DNA of 64,000 bases from an uncultured bacterium (lineage in GTDB: Bacteria > Patescibacteriota > Patescibacteriia > UBA9570 > XYC2-FULL-38-9): positions 18,284 to 82,283 of the forward strand of contig CALKUP010000016.1 of NCBI GenBank assembly GCA_937996685.1, in the 5' to 3' direction. Position numbers and translations under genes: made by a program. Under the pieces are notes generated by a model. The model was not told where the DNA came from. It saw nothing but the letters and a program-made list of their open reading frames with translations, and ran no database searches. The first letter of the stretch is position 1. The number at the start of each line of letters is the position of its first letter. This document shows, piece by piece, positions 1 to 8,808 of this stretch.

Positions 1-359
1 AGCGGAAAATGTTTGACGGCAAATCGCACTTTTGTGTCGTAATCTTTCATGACGCTTTCTAGCAGTGGGTGAAACTTTTTACAAAATGGGCATTCAAGAT
101 CGGTGTATTCAATGACAGTGATGTCGCCGCGCCCTTTTACATTTCGGAGTGAAGACAAATCGACGCTTGTTTTTTCGGTAACATTTACTGGCCCGCTATT
201 TGTGTTTGAAGATGGGTTGCCAATTTCTGTTGGAAGTTTTCCAGAGAGTAAAATGCTCAGCAAACCAATACATCCAATAATCAGAATAATGCCAGTGGCG
301 AGCATGAAGCCGAAGAAAAATGCTGCTTTTGATGGGAGAGATGAGAGGGTTTGTTTCAT
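1..359 (-). CDS. DsbA-like thiol:disulfide oxidoreductase (thioredoxin fold); 3-prime part lost at window edge
   Basis: Reverse-strand translation from the ATG at complement(357..359) gives MKQTLSSLPSKAAFFFGFMLATGIILIIGCIG..., a TM anchor followed by ...VIEYTDLECPFCKKFHPLLE..., a CPFC active site in a DsbA-like context. It runs off the window start, so it is missing from the ORF track. Confidence 0.65.
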   Translation of the reverse strand, partial: MKQTLSSLPSKAAFFFGFMLATGIILIIGCIGLLSILLSGKLPTEIGNPSSNTNSGPVNVTEKTSVDLSSLRNVKGRGDITVIEYTDLECPFCKKFHPLLESVMKDYDTKVRFAVKHFP

Positions 360-435
360 GAAAACAATGGTATCACACTGTGGACAAGCGTCAATTTGAC
401 AGTAATTGCAGATTGCCATACAGTGCAACTACTGT

Positions 436-565
436 TTTTTTACAAACTAACAAGGGAATACCGGTGTGAATCCGGAGCTGTGCCGCAACTGTAAGCTATG
501 ACTATCATAGTAAGCCAGATCTCTTGATTACCGTTTCGCGTTTCGAGCAAGACGCCGGTGTTTCA
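436..565 (+). promoter_or_regulatory. cobalamin (B12) riboswitch aptamer
   Basis: AAGGGAAUACCGGUGUGAAUCCGGAGCUGUGCCGCAACUGUAA (454-493) matches the conserved cobalamin-riboswitch core (GGGAA..CCGGUG..AAUCCGG..GCUG..CCGC.ACUGUAA). A partial B12-box-like AAGCCAGAUCUC follows at ~512. It sits directly upstream of a DUF4430-type gene. Confidence 0.6.
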
Positions 566-585
566 ATATTTTTTTGTGTTGTTTC

Positions 586-622
586 ATCGTCCGTGCTCGC
601 GGGCGTTTTTTATTTTTTCGTT
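586..622 (+). terminator. putative riboswitch expression-platform terminator (GC hairpin + T-tracts) just before the start codon
   Basis: cgtccgtgctcgcgggcg hairpin followed by ttttttatttttt; gene start at 625. Confidence 0.35.
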
Positions 623-624
623 CT

Positions 625-1374
625 ATGAAACAATTTTTTCAACGCTTTTCTTCTCGTCACTTCGCTGTGTTTTTGAGCGTCGTGTGCATGCTTTTTGCTG
701 CGGCCGCGGGCTTTGGGTATGTTGTTTTTGCCCAATTACAGACTGATTCAACAGTTGTGACAAGCAACACGAATGCTCCCGTGGCTGGATTCATCAATAC
801 GACAAATACTATTGTTTCTGAACAAGTAGATGAAGATGTTGATGCTGCGGTTGTTTCCAATGAATCTGTAGTAGAAACGACAGAAAATACGAAAAATACA
901 GACAGTGAGACACCAGCACCGGACCAAAAAACGACAGAAACAGCATCCGTGCCAGTCGTGAATACAACCACTGCGACTCCTGCAAGTGATGCAGCGAAAC
1001 AAGCGGAAACGACGATCGAAGCGCAAAAGGCTGCCACGCCAGAAAAAGCCGCTGTCGTTGCGCCAGAGCAGTATCGAGCAACGATCACTGTGCGCGGAGC
1101 GGGAGGTGGAGGCACGTATCAGTTTGATGTCGATGTCGGATCGACGGTTGAACAGGCGATGAAAAAAGCCACCGCGACAGGGTTTTCCTATAAAACAAAA
1201 CAGTTTGGAGGTCTCGGAACGTACGTGACGACGATCAACGGTCAGGCGGAAGACTCAAAAAACAACATGCGTTGGATTTTCTCCGTCAATAACAAAAAAG
1301 CGACAGCCGGAATTAGTACAGTGAAGCTTAAAAAAGGTGACACGATTCAGTGGTCGTATGAAAAAAGTTTTTAA
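625..1374 (+). CDS. membrane-anchored DUF4430-like (transcobalamin/intrinsic-factor beta-domain-like) putative cobalamin-binding protein
   Basis: In-frame ATG at 625 (MKQFFQRF...; the track start at 574 is a TTG). N-terminal TM, a T/A/V/E-rich linker, then a C-terminal ~100 aa domain (TYQFDVDVGSTVEQAMKKA...GLGTYVTTINGQAEDSKNNMRWIFSVNNKKA...GDTIQWSYE) resembling DUF4430. Sits downstream of a B12 riboswitch. Confidence 0.55.
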   Translation: MKQFFQRFSSRHFAVFLSVVCMLFAAAAGFGYVVFAQLQTDSTVVTSNTNAPVAGFINTTNTIVSEQVDEDVDAAVVSNESVVETTENTKNTDSETPAPDQKTTETASVPVVNTTTATPASDAAKQAETTIEAQKAATPEKAAVVAPEQYRATITVRGAGGGGTYQFDVDVGSTVEQAMKKATATGFSYKTKQFGGLGTYVTTINGQAEDSKNNMRWIFSVNNKKATAGISTVKLKKGDTIQWSYEKSF

Positions 1375-1394
1375 AAAATATTACATCTATATCT

Positions 1395-2969
1395 ATGAAT
1401 AATCGAATGACATATCTCACAACAACGGCAATGCTCGTCATCACTGCGGTGATGTGCGTAGCCGCTCCCGCGCAAGCTGCGAATTACACAACAGTTCCTG
1501 TGCGTGTTGAAGCGCCAGACAAAACAATTATGGATACAACGGTCTATGTATCTGACGCAGGTTGTATAGTGACGGATAGCGACGGTGTTGATCATGCGCT
1601 TACTGGTGATAATGCGCTGTGTGCATTAAAGACATTGAGTTTGAATGAAGGGATGAAATTTGTTGTGAAAGATTCTGCGTACGGTTTGTATTTAGACTCC
1701 ATTGAAACCTATCAAGGCAGTAGTCAATATTGGACGTATTATGTGAATGATGTTGAAGGTGCAGTTGGACTTGCGGATTATGACTTGCAAGAGAATGACC
1801 AATTGTTATTTGTGTATGGTGATTATGGTGCGACCGCGCCGTTGCGTGTGCGTGTCAGCGCGACACAACAGCTGACAAAAAAGGCGATTGAAGCAACGGT
1901 TGAATATAAATCTGGATCAACATATGTGCCGATGGAAAATGCAGTTGTGCATTTTGGAAAAACAGCTGTAACAACAAATGCAAAAGGAAAGGCCGTGTTT
2001 ACTCCAACAAAAGCAGGAACGGTATCAGTGTATGCAACTGCTGTAGGATATACAAAAACACCAGTCAAAAAAGTTGTTGTACATACAGCTGTGAAAAAAC
2101 GTCAATCAGTAAATTTTGAACAACGTCAAAAACAGTCACGTGACGGTGTGGCGTATATCAAAAAACAAATGAACGCACAAGGAATTGTGAATAATAGTCA
2201 GTCAGAAACAGAATGGTCCGCAATGGCACTTGCAACGATTGGGCAAAAAAATGACACACTTATCAAAGCAGTGCGTGCGTATAAACCAAAAACGTCTGAT
2301 GGCACTTCTGAAATTGCGCGTCACATCTTAGCGCTTGAAGCAATTGGTGACAATAGCAAGAAGTCTGGCTCAATTAATTTTATTGATCGTTTAGTTGCAA
2401 CAAAAAAGAACAATCAATATGGAGAGTCTCAATATTGTAATGATGATATTTTTGCCGGACTTGCGCTGCTATCAGCTGATGTGAAGGCGACAGATGATGA
2501 CGTGAAAGATGCAGTGAATGCATCCCTTGCGTGTCAAAATGCCGACGGTGGATTTGGGTATGCCGTTGATAGTGATTCAGAGGTCGACACAACAGCATCA
2601 TGGATTATGCTGGCGGCACAGGTACGAACAGAGAACAAATATTATAAAACACTGATCAACGAAAAATATAAAAAAGCAACTCGTTTCTTGCGAAGTGCGC
2701 AAAATCTTGACGGTGGATTTGGGTATGAGTTAGGAGCTGTGTCAAACACATCGTCAACTGCATGGGCAACAATGGCGTTCTCTGCGCAAGGTTTGGAAGC
2801 GGGGAGTGTGATGAAAAATTCTCAAAGTGGATTTACGTACTTGAAGAAAACCTATTCAAAATCAGGTGCGTATACATATGATGTGACACGATCAAATAGT
2901 GTTGAATCCTTGAATACGGCTTACGCAATTATTGCGCAAGCTCGAAAAGCTTTTCCGGTGAATCAATAA
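1395..2969 (+). CDS. secreted DUF4430-like domain + alpha/alpha-toroid (prenyltransferase/squalene-oxidase-type repeat) protein; transcobalamin-like putative B12 binder
   Basis: Signal peptide (...VAAPAQAANYT). N-terminal DUF4430-like block (DSAYGLYLDSIETYQGSSQYWTYYVNDVEGAVGLADYDLQENDQLLFVYG). C-terminal repeated QNADGGFGY / QNLDGGFGY motifs typical of alpha/alpha-toroid repeats. Co-transcribed with the riboswitch-controlled gene. Confidence 0.6.
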   Translation: MNNRMTYLTTTAMLVITAVMCVAAPAQAANYTTVPVRVEAPDKTIMDTTVYVSDAGCIVTDSDGVDHALTGDNALCALKTLSLNEGMKFVVKDSAYGLYLDSIETYQGSSQYWTYYVNDVEGAVGLADYDLQENDQLLFVYGDYGATAPLRVRVSATQQLTKKAIEATVEYKSGSTYVPMENAVVHFGKTAVTTNAKGKAVFTPTKAGTVSVYATAVGYTKTPVKKVVVHTAVKKRQSVNFEQRQKQSRDGVAYIKKQMNAQGIVNNSQSETEWSAMALATIGQKNDTLIKAVRAYKPKTSDGTSEIARHILALEAIGDNSKKSGSINFIDRLVATKKNNQYGESQYCNDDIFAGLALLSADVKATDDDVKDAVNASLACQNADGGFGYAVDSDSEVDTTASWIMLAAQVRTENKYYKTLINEKYKKATRFLRSAQNLDGGFGYELGAVSNTSSTAWATMAFSAQGLEAGSVMKNSQSGFTYLKKTYSKSGAYTYDVTRSNSVESLNTAYAIIAQARKAFPVNQ

Positions 2970-3069
2970 ATATTCCGCTAGCCGCTTGCGGTGAAGTGTC
3001 TCGGGAAAGACTCAACTGTCGCTCGTCAGTTTCCCGTAGACACATTCACCTCCGCGACTGAAGGTTTTA

Positions 3070-4149
3070 TTATCCTTCTTGTTGTAGATCGCTTTTGTAT
3101 TTAACTTCGTACATTTGAATGAGCGCGAAGAAGAAGGCCGCGATCATAGGGCCGATAACAACGCCAGAAATGCCGAACATGCCGATACCACCAATCGTTG
3201 CAAACAAAATCATCACTGGATGCATTTGCAAATCTTTGCCAACGAGTGGTCCACGCAGAACGTTATCGATAAGCCCAATAATAATCATGCCGAGGAGAAT
3301 CACACCGACTTTCCACCAGATGGCATTGATTGCGAAAAAAATTGCAACAGGAATTAGTACAAGCGCAGGGCCAACTGCTGGGATAATGCAGAGTAAAATC
3401 ATAATGAGTCCCCAGAAGGCGCTTGATGGCACACCGCAGATCAATAAAAAGATACCGCCGAGACTGCCTTGAATCACGCCGATTAAAAATGTGCCCTTGA
3501 GGGTTGCGCGCGCTGTGGAGACAAATTTTTTATAGAGAATGCGTTCGTTGTCGTCTCCAAATGGGAGGAGTTCCATAAATCGCTTGAGCCATTCTTCCCC
3601 GTCTTTCAAAAAGAAAAAGAGACAATAGAGCATGATGGCAAATGTGACGATGCCTTGTAGGGCGCTCATCGAACCTTGTCGTGCAATAGAGAGGCTGTTT
3701 TTTGCAACGCTGTTCACAATGCTGGCAGTGCGTTCTTTGACGTTGATTTGTGATCCGTATTTTTCAACGAGCGGTTGGTGAAGAATAGTGTCGATTTCAT
3801 TTTGCGCAACTTCGATGGTTGCAGGGTTTGTGGCATATTCGTATGTGCTGATTGATTGCCGAACAACCAATGTAATAATGCCGGCAGTTGGGAGAAGAAC
3901 GCCGATAAAAATAATCAACATTGTGAGGAGGCTACTGACTGCTTGCCGTTTTGTGACATGCAGAATCCGTGTGTACAGTGGGTGAAACAGTGCAGCAACA
4001 ACACCAGCCCAGAAGAGGCTCATGATATACGGCGCGGTCATGGTGTAGAGCGCCCAGCCGACAGCTGCTAGGACAATAAAAAAGCTGACGGTTTGCACGG
4101 TGCGAAATTCGTTTCGTATATTCATAAAAAAACAATAAAAATCAATCAA
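3070..4149 (-). CDS. AI-2E family transporter (UPF0118/PerM-like) membrane protein
   Basis: 359 aa, ~8 TM helices, overall similarity to PF01594-type permeases. Alternative start MNIRNEF at 4125. Confidence 0.55.
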   Translation of the reverse strand: MIDFYCFFMNIRNEFRTVQTVSFFIVLAAVGWALYTMTAPYIMSLFWAGVVAALFHPLYTRILHVTKRQAVSSLLTMLIIFIGVLLPTAGIITLVVRQSISTYEYATNPATIEVAQNEIDTILHQPLVEKYGSQINVKERTASIVNSVAKNSLSIARQGSMSALQGIVTFAIMLYCLFFFLKDGEEWLKRFMELLPFGDDNERILYKKFVSTARATLKGTFLIGVIQGSLGGIFLLICGVPSSAFWGLIMILLCIIPAVGPALVLIPVAIFFAINAIWWKVGVILLGMIIIGLIDNVLRGPLVGKDLQMHPVMILFATIGGIGMFGISGVVIGPMIAAFFFALIQMYEVKYKSDLQQEG

Positions 4150-4427
4150 TTGGCTCTTGTTCGTATGATACGCACGAATCAGTAATTATTCAAGGAAAGA
4201 AGGGGATGTACCCCTTGACATTTTACTGTTTTTCCTGTACGTTGCCGCCCGCAAACGCCCTAAAAAATAGGGATGTTGGGATAGATAGCTGCAAGCACTG
4301 TTTTTACAAGATGACCGTTGCAATTTGTAAAAAGAGTGCTCGTGGATAGGCCATTCCTCGGGTTGCTGTGCATTTGTAAAAAAGCGCGTGGCATCAACAG
4401 GCTCATTAACATGATAGAGGTTCGCCA

Positions 4428-5810
4428 ATGCGAAGCATTCTCAAATTGTTCGCGGTGGTCGCCGCTCTGGCCTTCGCGCTCGCCTGCAATGGCGGGAGCA
4501 CGAAGGACAGCGCTTTCGACACGTCGGTCGACACCGACACGCCTTACGTGGACGATGATGCTGATCAGTGGTCACCTGATCAAGGCGACTGCGATGACAG
4601 CAACGCGGCCATCAACCCCGCTTCTGATGAGGTGCGGGGCGACGGCATCGACAACGATTGTGATGGTGCTGACTTGCGCCTGAGCTACTCTGATCCGACC
4701 ACGTACGGCGGGTACAACGGCTGGCTGGTCGAGTCCGCGGCTGGTACCGCCTTTAGCTGCTTCGCCAATGTCACGGCGGGCGTCGGCGGCGTCGTGCGGT
4801 GCTTGCCGCTTGAAGACAGCGCCAACGTGTTGGATCCGAGCGATGCGGCGGTCACCTTCACCGGTGATGTCGACATGACGCTTGGAACCGGAGGCTCCGT
4901 CTTCTCGGATCAGTACTTCTGTCTCGGTGGAAGTGAATTCAACGCCGAGAGGGGTGTCATGGGTTGCTGGGGTCTTGGAATCCTGGATGTTCCGGGTGAC
5001 TACACCTTCGACGACGCGGTCTTCACCATCTCCGGTGTGAATCCCGGGGATTATGTTGACCGCCACTGGTGGGCGGACGTCACCGGAGACAACCGCATCG
5101 ACCTCGTCGTCAGCGGCGGCGCCCGCTACTGGGTCTTCGCAGACCTGATGTCCCTTTCTGGGGGTCTCACGCTCGACGACGCGGTCTTCTCGGTAGACAT
5201 CTGCCCGCAGGGAGGCTGCACCATCTTCGTGGGCGAGGAGGCTGCGTTTGCTTTTCCCGCGAATGCGCCGACCATGGTCTTCTCCGATTACCAGCAGGAG
5301 ACGGCGCCAACCGGCCAGGGCGTGCTCTACGCTATGGACCTTCCGCTCACCCCCGCTTCTCAGCCGGTTGAGATCGATCGCGCTCGGCCGGGTCATGTTC
5401 TTGGTTTTCGTGTCGCTACCCTCGAATTCGGGTCCGTGTATTACGTTACGACCGGCACCGGCTTCCGGGAGTACCTGTACGACGGCGCCTCCTGGACGGT
5501 TGAGGAACATGACCTTGGGTTCTCAACCTTGATTCCATACGACGTTGGCATGGACTGGTTCAGGTGCGAATCGGGCATGGCGCTGGCTGTTACCGAGGTT
5601 GAGTCTGGGCAAGGGCTCATCTTCCAAAATGGAGCCGTTCAGGCGACCATCCTCTTGGAGGTTGGCTGTGGCACGGTCGTGTACGGCGAAGAAAACGGTT
5701 CTCATATCCTGACGATGTGTCAGGATCTGGGTGATCGGAACCAGGGACGCGCGCCCTCCGGTGACGGCGGGAACGTGTACCAAGTGGAAACCTTGCATTC
5801 GCCTCTCTAG
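4428..5810 (+). CDS. GC-rich putative lipoprotein with MopE-like Cys/Asp metal-binding motif and FG-GAP/VCBS-like region
   Basis: Lipoprotein signal (LAFALAC). DQGDCDDSNAAINPASDEVRGDGIDNDCDGADL resembles the 'putative metal-binding motif' of MopE-type proteins. HWWADVTGDNRIDLVVSG is FG-GAP-like. Local GC is far above the flanks. Confidence 0.5.
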   Translation: MRSILKLFAVVAALAFALACNGGSTKDSAFDTSVDTDTPYVDDDADQWSPDQGDCDDSNAAINPASDEVRGDGIDNDCDGADLRLSYSDPTTYGGYNGWLVESAAGTAFSCFANVTAGVGGVVRCLPLEDSANVLDPSDAAVTFTGDVDMTLGTGGSVFSDQYFCLGGSEFNAERGVMGCWGLGILDVPGDYTFDDAVFTISGVNPGDYVDRHWWADVTGDNRIDLVVSGGARYWVFADLMSLSGGLTLDDAVFSVDICPQGGCTIFVGEEAAFAFPANAPTMVFSDYQQETAPTGQGVLYAMDLPLTPASQPVEIDRARPGHVLGFRVATLEFGSVYYVTTGTGFREYLYDGASWTVEEHDLGFSTLIPYDVGMDWFRCESGMALAVTEVESGQGLIFQNGAVQATILLEVGCGTVVYGEENGSHILTMCQDLGDRNQGRAPSGDGGNVYQVETLHSPL

Positions 5811-5905
5811 GAGGCGGCAAGAAGAGAGCAGTAGCTGTACAACGGCATTACGCTACACAGCACTGCTCTCGGCGTAGTAAGCGTTTATACAACATTACTA
5901 CGCCT

Positions 5906-5951
5906 CGTTATCAGAGTACAAAACAATACAGCGTTGTGTATTCTGATAACG
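5906..5951. repeat. 15-bp-arm inverted repeat (cgttatcagagtaca N16 tgtattctgataacg), candidate operator upstream of 5991 gene
   Basis: Near-perfect palindrome (1 mismatch) ending 40 nt before the ATG at 5991. It is preceded by two further perfect hairpins at 5824-5870 and 5871-5904. Confidence 0.4.
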
Positions 5952-5990
5952 TTACATCTCGTAATGTGTACATTCCATCTGGAGATTCTC

Positions 5991-6578
5991 ATGCGTTATA
6001 TGTCTATTGTATTGCTGGCTATGCCAGGGTGCTTTCATGGTCCTTCTTCACAGCCCCTTGTGCCGACTGTGACTGGCCTGACATTCACCCAAGGGTTTAT
6101 GGCTCGAAATATCGATATGGGAGATGATGGGCACATCACCGGCTTTATAGAAGAGCTAGAGCTGCAATTAGAAGTTCGCAATGGAGAGGTGATAGAGCCT
6201 GAGTCTTCAATGAAGCTGACACCAGGTCCTCATGGCATCAGCATAGTCGGCTTGTGGCTCGGCACAAAACAGTCGAAAAAACTGACTGGCCAGGCTGAGT
6301 GGCAACCGACGAAGTTTCAGCCTGACGACACGGGTAGCGTCGGCCCGGAAGAGTGCTTTACCATCACACTGGAATCGACAAATCCAGAGGTTGATCTCCT
6401 CGCACGGTTGTGGGGAGGTCTTCATCAACGTGAGGTGCTTATCGCGCTGAGTGTGCTCGGTGAGATTGAAGCAAGCGCGTGGCTTTCAGCAACTGAAGCC
6501 ACTCGTACAGATGATCGTTTCAATGGAGTTGAGCGACTGTGTCAGTCACCATTCCATGTTTTTCCTGGAGAGCAATAA
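5991..6578 (+). CDS. hypothetical lipoprotein (GC-rich island)
   Basis: ATG at 5991 with a GGAGA SD 5 nt upstream. MRYMSIVLLAMPGC lipobox-like signal. No recognisable domain. Confidence 0.45.
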   Translation: MRYMSIVLLAMPGCFHGPSSQPLVPTVTGLTFTQGFMARNIDMGDDGHITGFIEELELQLEVRNGEVIEPESSMKLTPGPHGISIVGLWLGTKQSKKLTGQAEWQPTKFQPDDTGSVGPEECFTITLESTNPEVDLLARLWGGLHQREVLIALSVLGEIEASAWLSATEATRTDDRFNGVERLCQSPFHVFPGEQ

Positions 6579-6636
6579 AGCTCAACAGGTCGATAACGGC
6601 ACTGCGTACAATGATAGATTGGGCAGTGTCATTTTT

Positions 6637-7509
6637 TTATTCAAGCTCAATTCTGGTTTCAATATCACTCAATCGCACGTGGGTGATATCTGGTCGAATT
6701 GCAATGAACACAAGCCAAATTAGGCAGCTGAGAAAGACGATGCCGAGAATACTCATAACAATGCCAAGGATACGCAAAATGACACGACCGCCATGGGTTG
6801 CCCAATATTCAATTTTTGAACCAAGACGTCGTCCGATGCGTTGCGCTTCTGTTGCAAATTCTTTGGCTCCGCGCTCAATATTTTTTTGCGTTTGCGCGAT
6901 CTGTTCTTGCGTGGCAAATTGCTGCGCACGACTTTTTAAATTCTCTAGCGTTACTTTCTCGCCACGCATTTCCATTTTTTCACTCACAGTTGTTGCAGGT
7001 GGAATCGCGATCCATAGTAAGATGTAAAAAAATAATGCAGTGCCGCCAGAAGCAAAAAACAATACAATAAAGATGATGCGAATAAAGACGGGGTCAGTTC
7101 CAAAATAATTCCCGATACCAGAACAGACGCCAGCAAGCACTGCGTTGTCCGCATCACGAAATAAGCGCCGAGGAGTGTTGTTGTCTGATTTTTCGTGTGA
7201 TCCAGCCGATGAATGAGATGACGGTGCTTCGTTGTCAGTCGTTCCGGCAAAATCAGCTGGCGTGCCCATTGCAGCAATCACTTGCGCAACATCATCAACC
7301 GAAATAGACGGGTGAGCAGTAGTGGTTTTTTCTGTGAGCAATTCCGCGATGCGATGTTCGATGTCACTGACAACTTCAGCAGCATCTTCTGTGTCCGCAA
7401 AATATGTTTCAACAGACTCTAAATAGGTGTGCAGTTTTTCATACGCATCTTCGTCGATGCGAATCAACGTTTGTGCGATATTGATAGTGATACTTTTTTT
7501 GATAGTCAT
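6637..7509 (-). CDS. PspC-domain membrane protein
   Basis: DNAVLAGVCSGIGNYFGTDPVFIRIIFIVLFFASGGTALFFYILLWIAIP matches the PspC domain. Downstream of padR on the same strand. Confidence 0.75.
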   Translation of the reverse strand: MTIKKSITINIAQTLIRIDEDAYEKLHTYLESVETYFADTEDAAEVVSDIEHRIAELLTEKTTTAHPSISVDDVAQVIAAMGTPADFAGTTDNEAPSSHSSAGSHEKSDNNTPRRLFRDADNAVLAGVCSGIGNYFGTDPVFIRIIFIVLFFASGGTALFFYILLWIAIPPATTVSEKMEMRGEKVTLENLKSRAQQFATQEQIAQTQKNIERGAKEFATEAQRIGRRLGSKIEYWATHGGRVILRILGIVMSILGIVFLSCLIWLVFIAIRPDITHVRLSDIETRIELE

Positions 7510-7532
7510 ACAGGTTGATTGTTATCGCCGAA

Positions 7533-7886
7533 TTATTGTTCTAAGAGATGAATTGTGTCGTTGAGGTTTTGCCATGTGTCAGTCAGCTGGTGTGACATTG
7601 CGCGACCGTCAGCGGTGAGTCGGTAATATTTGCGCGGCGGACCGGAAGATGATTCTTGCCATTCATACTCTAAGAGTCCCGAGCGACGCATCCGATTCAA
7701 AAGAGGGTAGAGCGTTCCTTCGACGACAATTAAATTGGCAGATTTCAGAGAACGCATGATGTCAGTCGTGTACATTGCACCGTCATGCAAAATCAGCATA
7801 ATGCAAAATTCCAAAAATCCTTTACGCATTTGCGATTGAATATTCTCAATATATTCTTCTTGTGGAGTGGGTGATGATGTTGTCAT
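7533..7886 (-). CDS. PadR family transcriptional regulator
   Basis: GFLEFCIMLILHDGAMYTTDIM...EGTLYPLLNRMRRSGLLEYEW...PPRKYYRLT is a PadR winged-helix signature. Confidence 0.8.
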   Translation of the reverse strand: MTTSSPTPQEEYIENIQSQMRKGFLEFCIMLILHDGAMYTTDIMRSLKSANLIVVEGTLYPLLNRMRRSGLLEYEWQESSSGPPRKYYRLTADGRAMSHQLTDTWQNLNDTIHLLEQ

Positions 7887-8011
7887 ATTCAGTACTTGGT
7901 ATTACACGGTACAGAGTATCACACACTAGAAAAACGTCAAGCGCGCTGCAGCGACGTTGTGTAAAAATCTATTTCCGCTATACTTTTTGTATTAGTGATT
8001 AAATAAAAAAT

Positions 8012-8770
8012 ATGAACAATCCCCTTTTTCAACGCATTGTCGTTGCAATTTCTATTGTTGCAATGATTGTGGTCAATGTATTGGCAAATATCATTCCATA
8101 TAATGGAAAACTAACAGGCGAAATCTCTGATTCATTTGCGATTTATTTTGTTCCGGCTGGATATGTATTTTCAATTTGGGGCCTGATTTATCTCTTACTT
8201 GGCGTCTATGCGGTGTATCAACTGATGCCAAAAACCTACACAAACCGAGCGCTCAATGGAGTGAGTTGGTGGGTTGTGCTGTCGAGTATCGCAAACGGTG
8301 CGTGGATTTTGCTGTGGCATTATCAATATTTTTATACGACGATTGTCGTGATGGCTGTGCTGCTTATTTCGTTGCTCATGATTTACACGCAATTAGCGCA
8401 CGGGCAGAAAAAGAAACAGAATGCACAATTTGCACGGTATGCGCGTTTGCCGTTTTCGGTGTACCTCGGTTGGATTAGTGTTGCGACGATTGCGAATGCA
8501 TCTGTGGTATTGACGCTCGCCAATTGGAATGGTTTTGGAATTGAGCCGATGTGGTGGTCTGCAATTATGATCGCGGTTGCGACAGTGCTTGGCTTGTTAA
8601 TGTTGGTTCGAGAAAAAGATATTGCCTATACATTAGTTCTTGTCTGGGCGTTTGTTGGCATTGGTATGAAATTTGCAGATGTGCCGGAGCTTGCGCAAGT
8701 GGCGTATTTTGCAGCAGCCTTGCTCACGCTCGTGTCGCTGGTTGTGTTTGTGCAAAAAAAGCGGAACTAA
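8012..8770 (+). CDS. TspO/MBR-like tryptophan-rich membrane protein (tentative)
   Basis: Multi-TM and Trp-rich. N-terminal NGKLTGEISDSFAIYFVPAGYVFSIWGLIYLLLG resembles TspO-like family proteins. Confidence 0.4.
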   Translation: MNNPLFQRIVVAISIVAMIVVNVLANIIPYNGKLTGEISDSFAIYFVPAGYVFSIWGLIYLLLGVYAVYQLMPKTYTNRALNGVSWWVVLSSIANGAWILLWHYQYFYTTIVVMAVLLISLLMIYTQLAHGQKKKQNAQFARYARLPFSVYLGWISVATIANASVVLTLANWNGFGIEPMWWSAIMIAVATVLGLLMLVREKDIAYTLVLVWAFVGIGMKFADVPELAQVAYFAAALLTLVSLVVFVQKKRN

Positions 8771-8808
8771 GACCCGCTTTGCGTTTTGTTTGTAACAGCA
8801 AGTGTGTA

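Noticed and set aside
103-399. Track ORF (98 aa, + strand) at the window start
   Set aside because: The opposite strand encodes a convincing DsbA-like protein with a CPFC motif. The + ORF is its antisense shadow.
4572-5510. Long minus-strand ORFs (312 aa; also 5523..5798, 9864..10781, 21842..22510, 26235..26774) inside GC-rich segments
   Set aside because: Arg/Ala/Pro-rich, low-complexity translations typical of antisense frames in high-GC DNA. The sense strands have SDs and protein-like composition.
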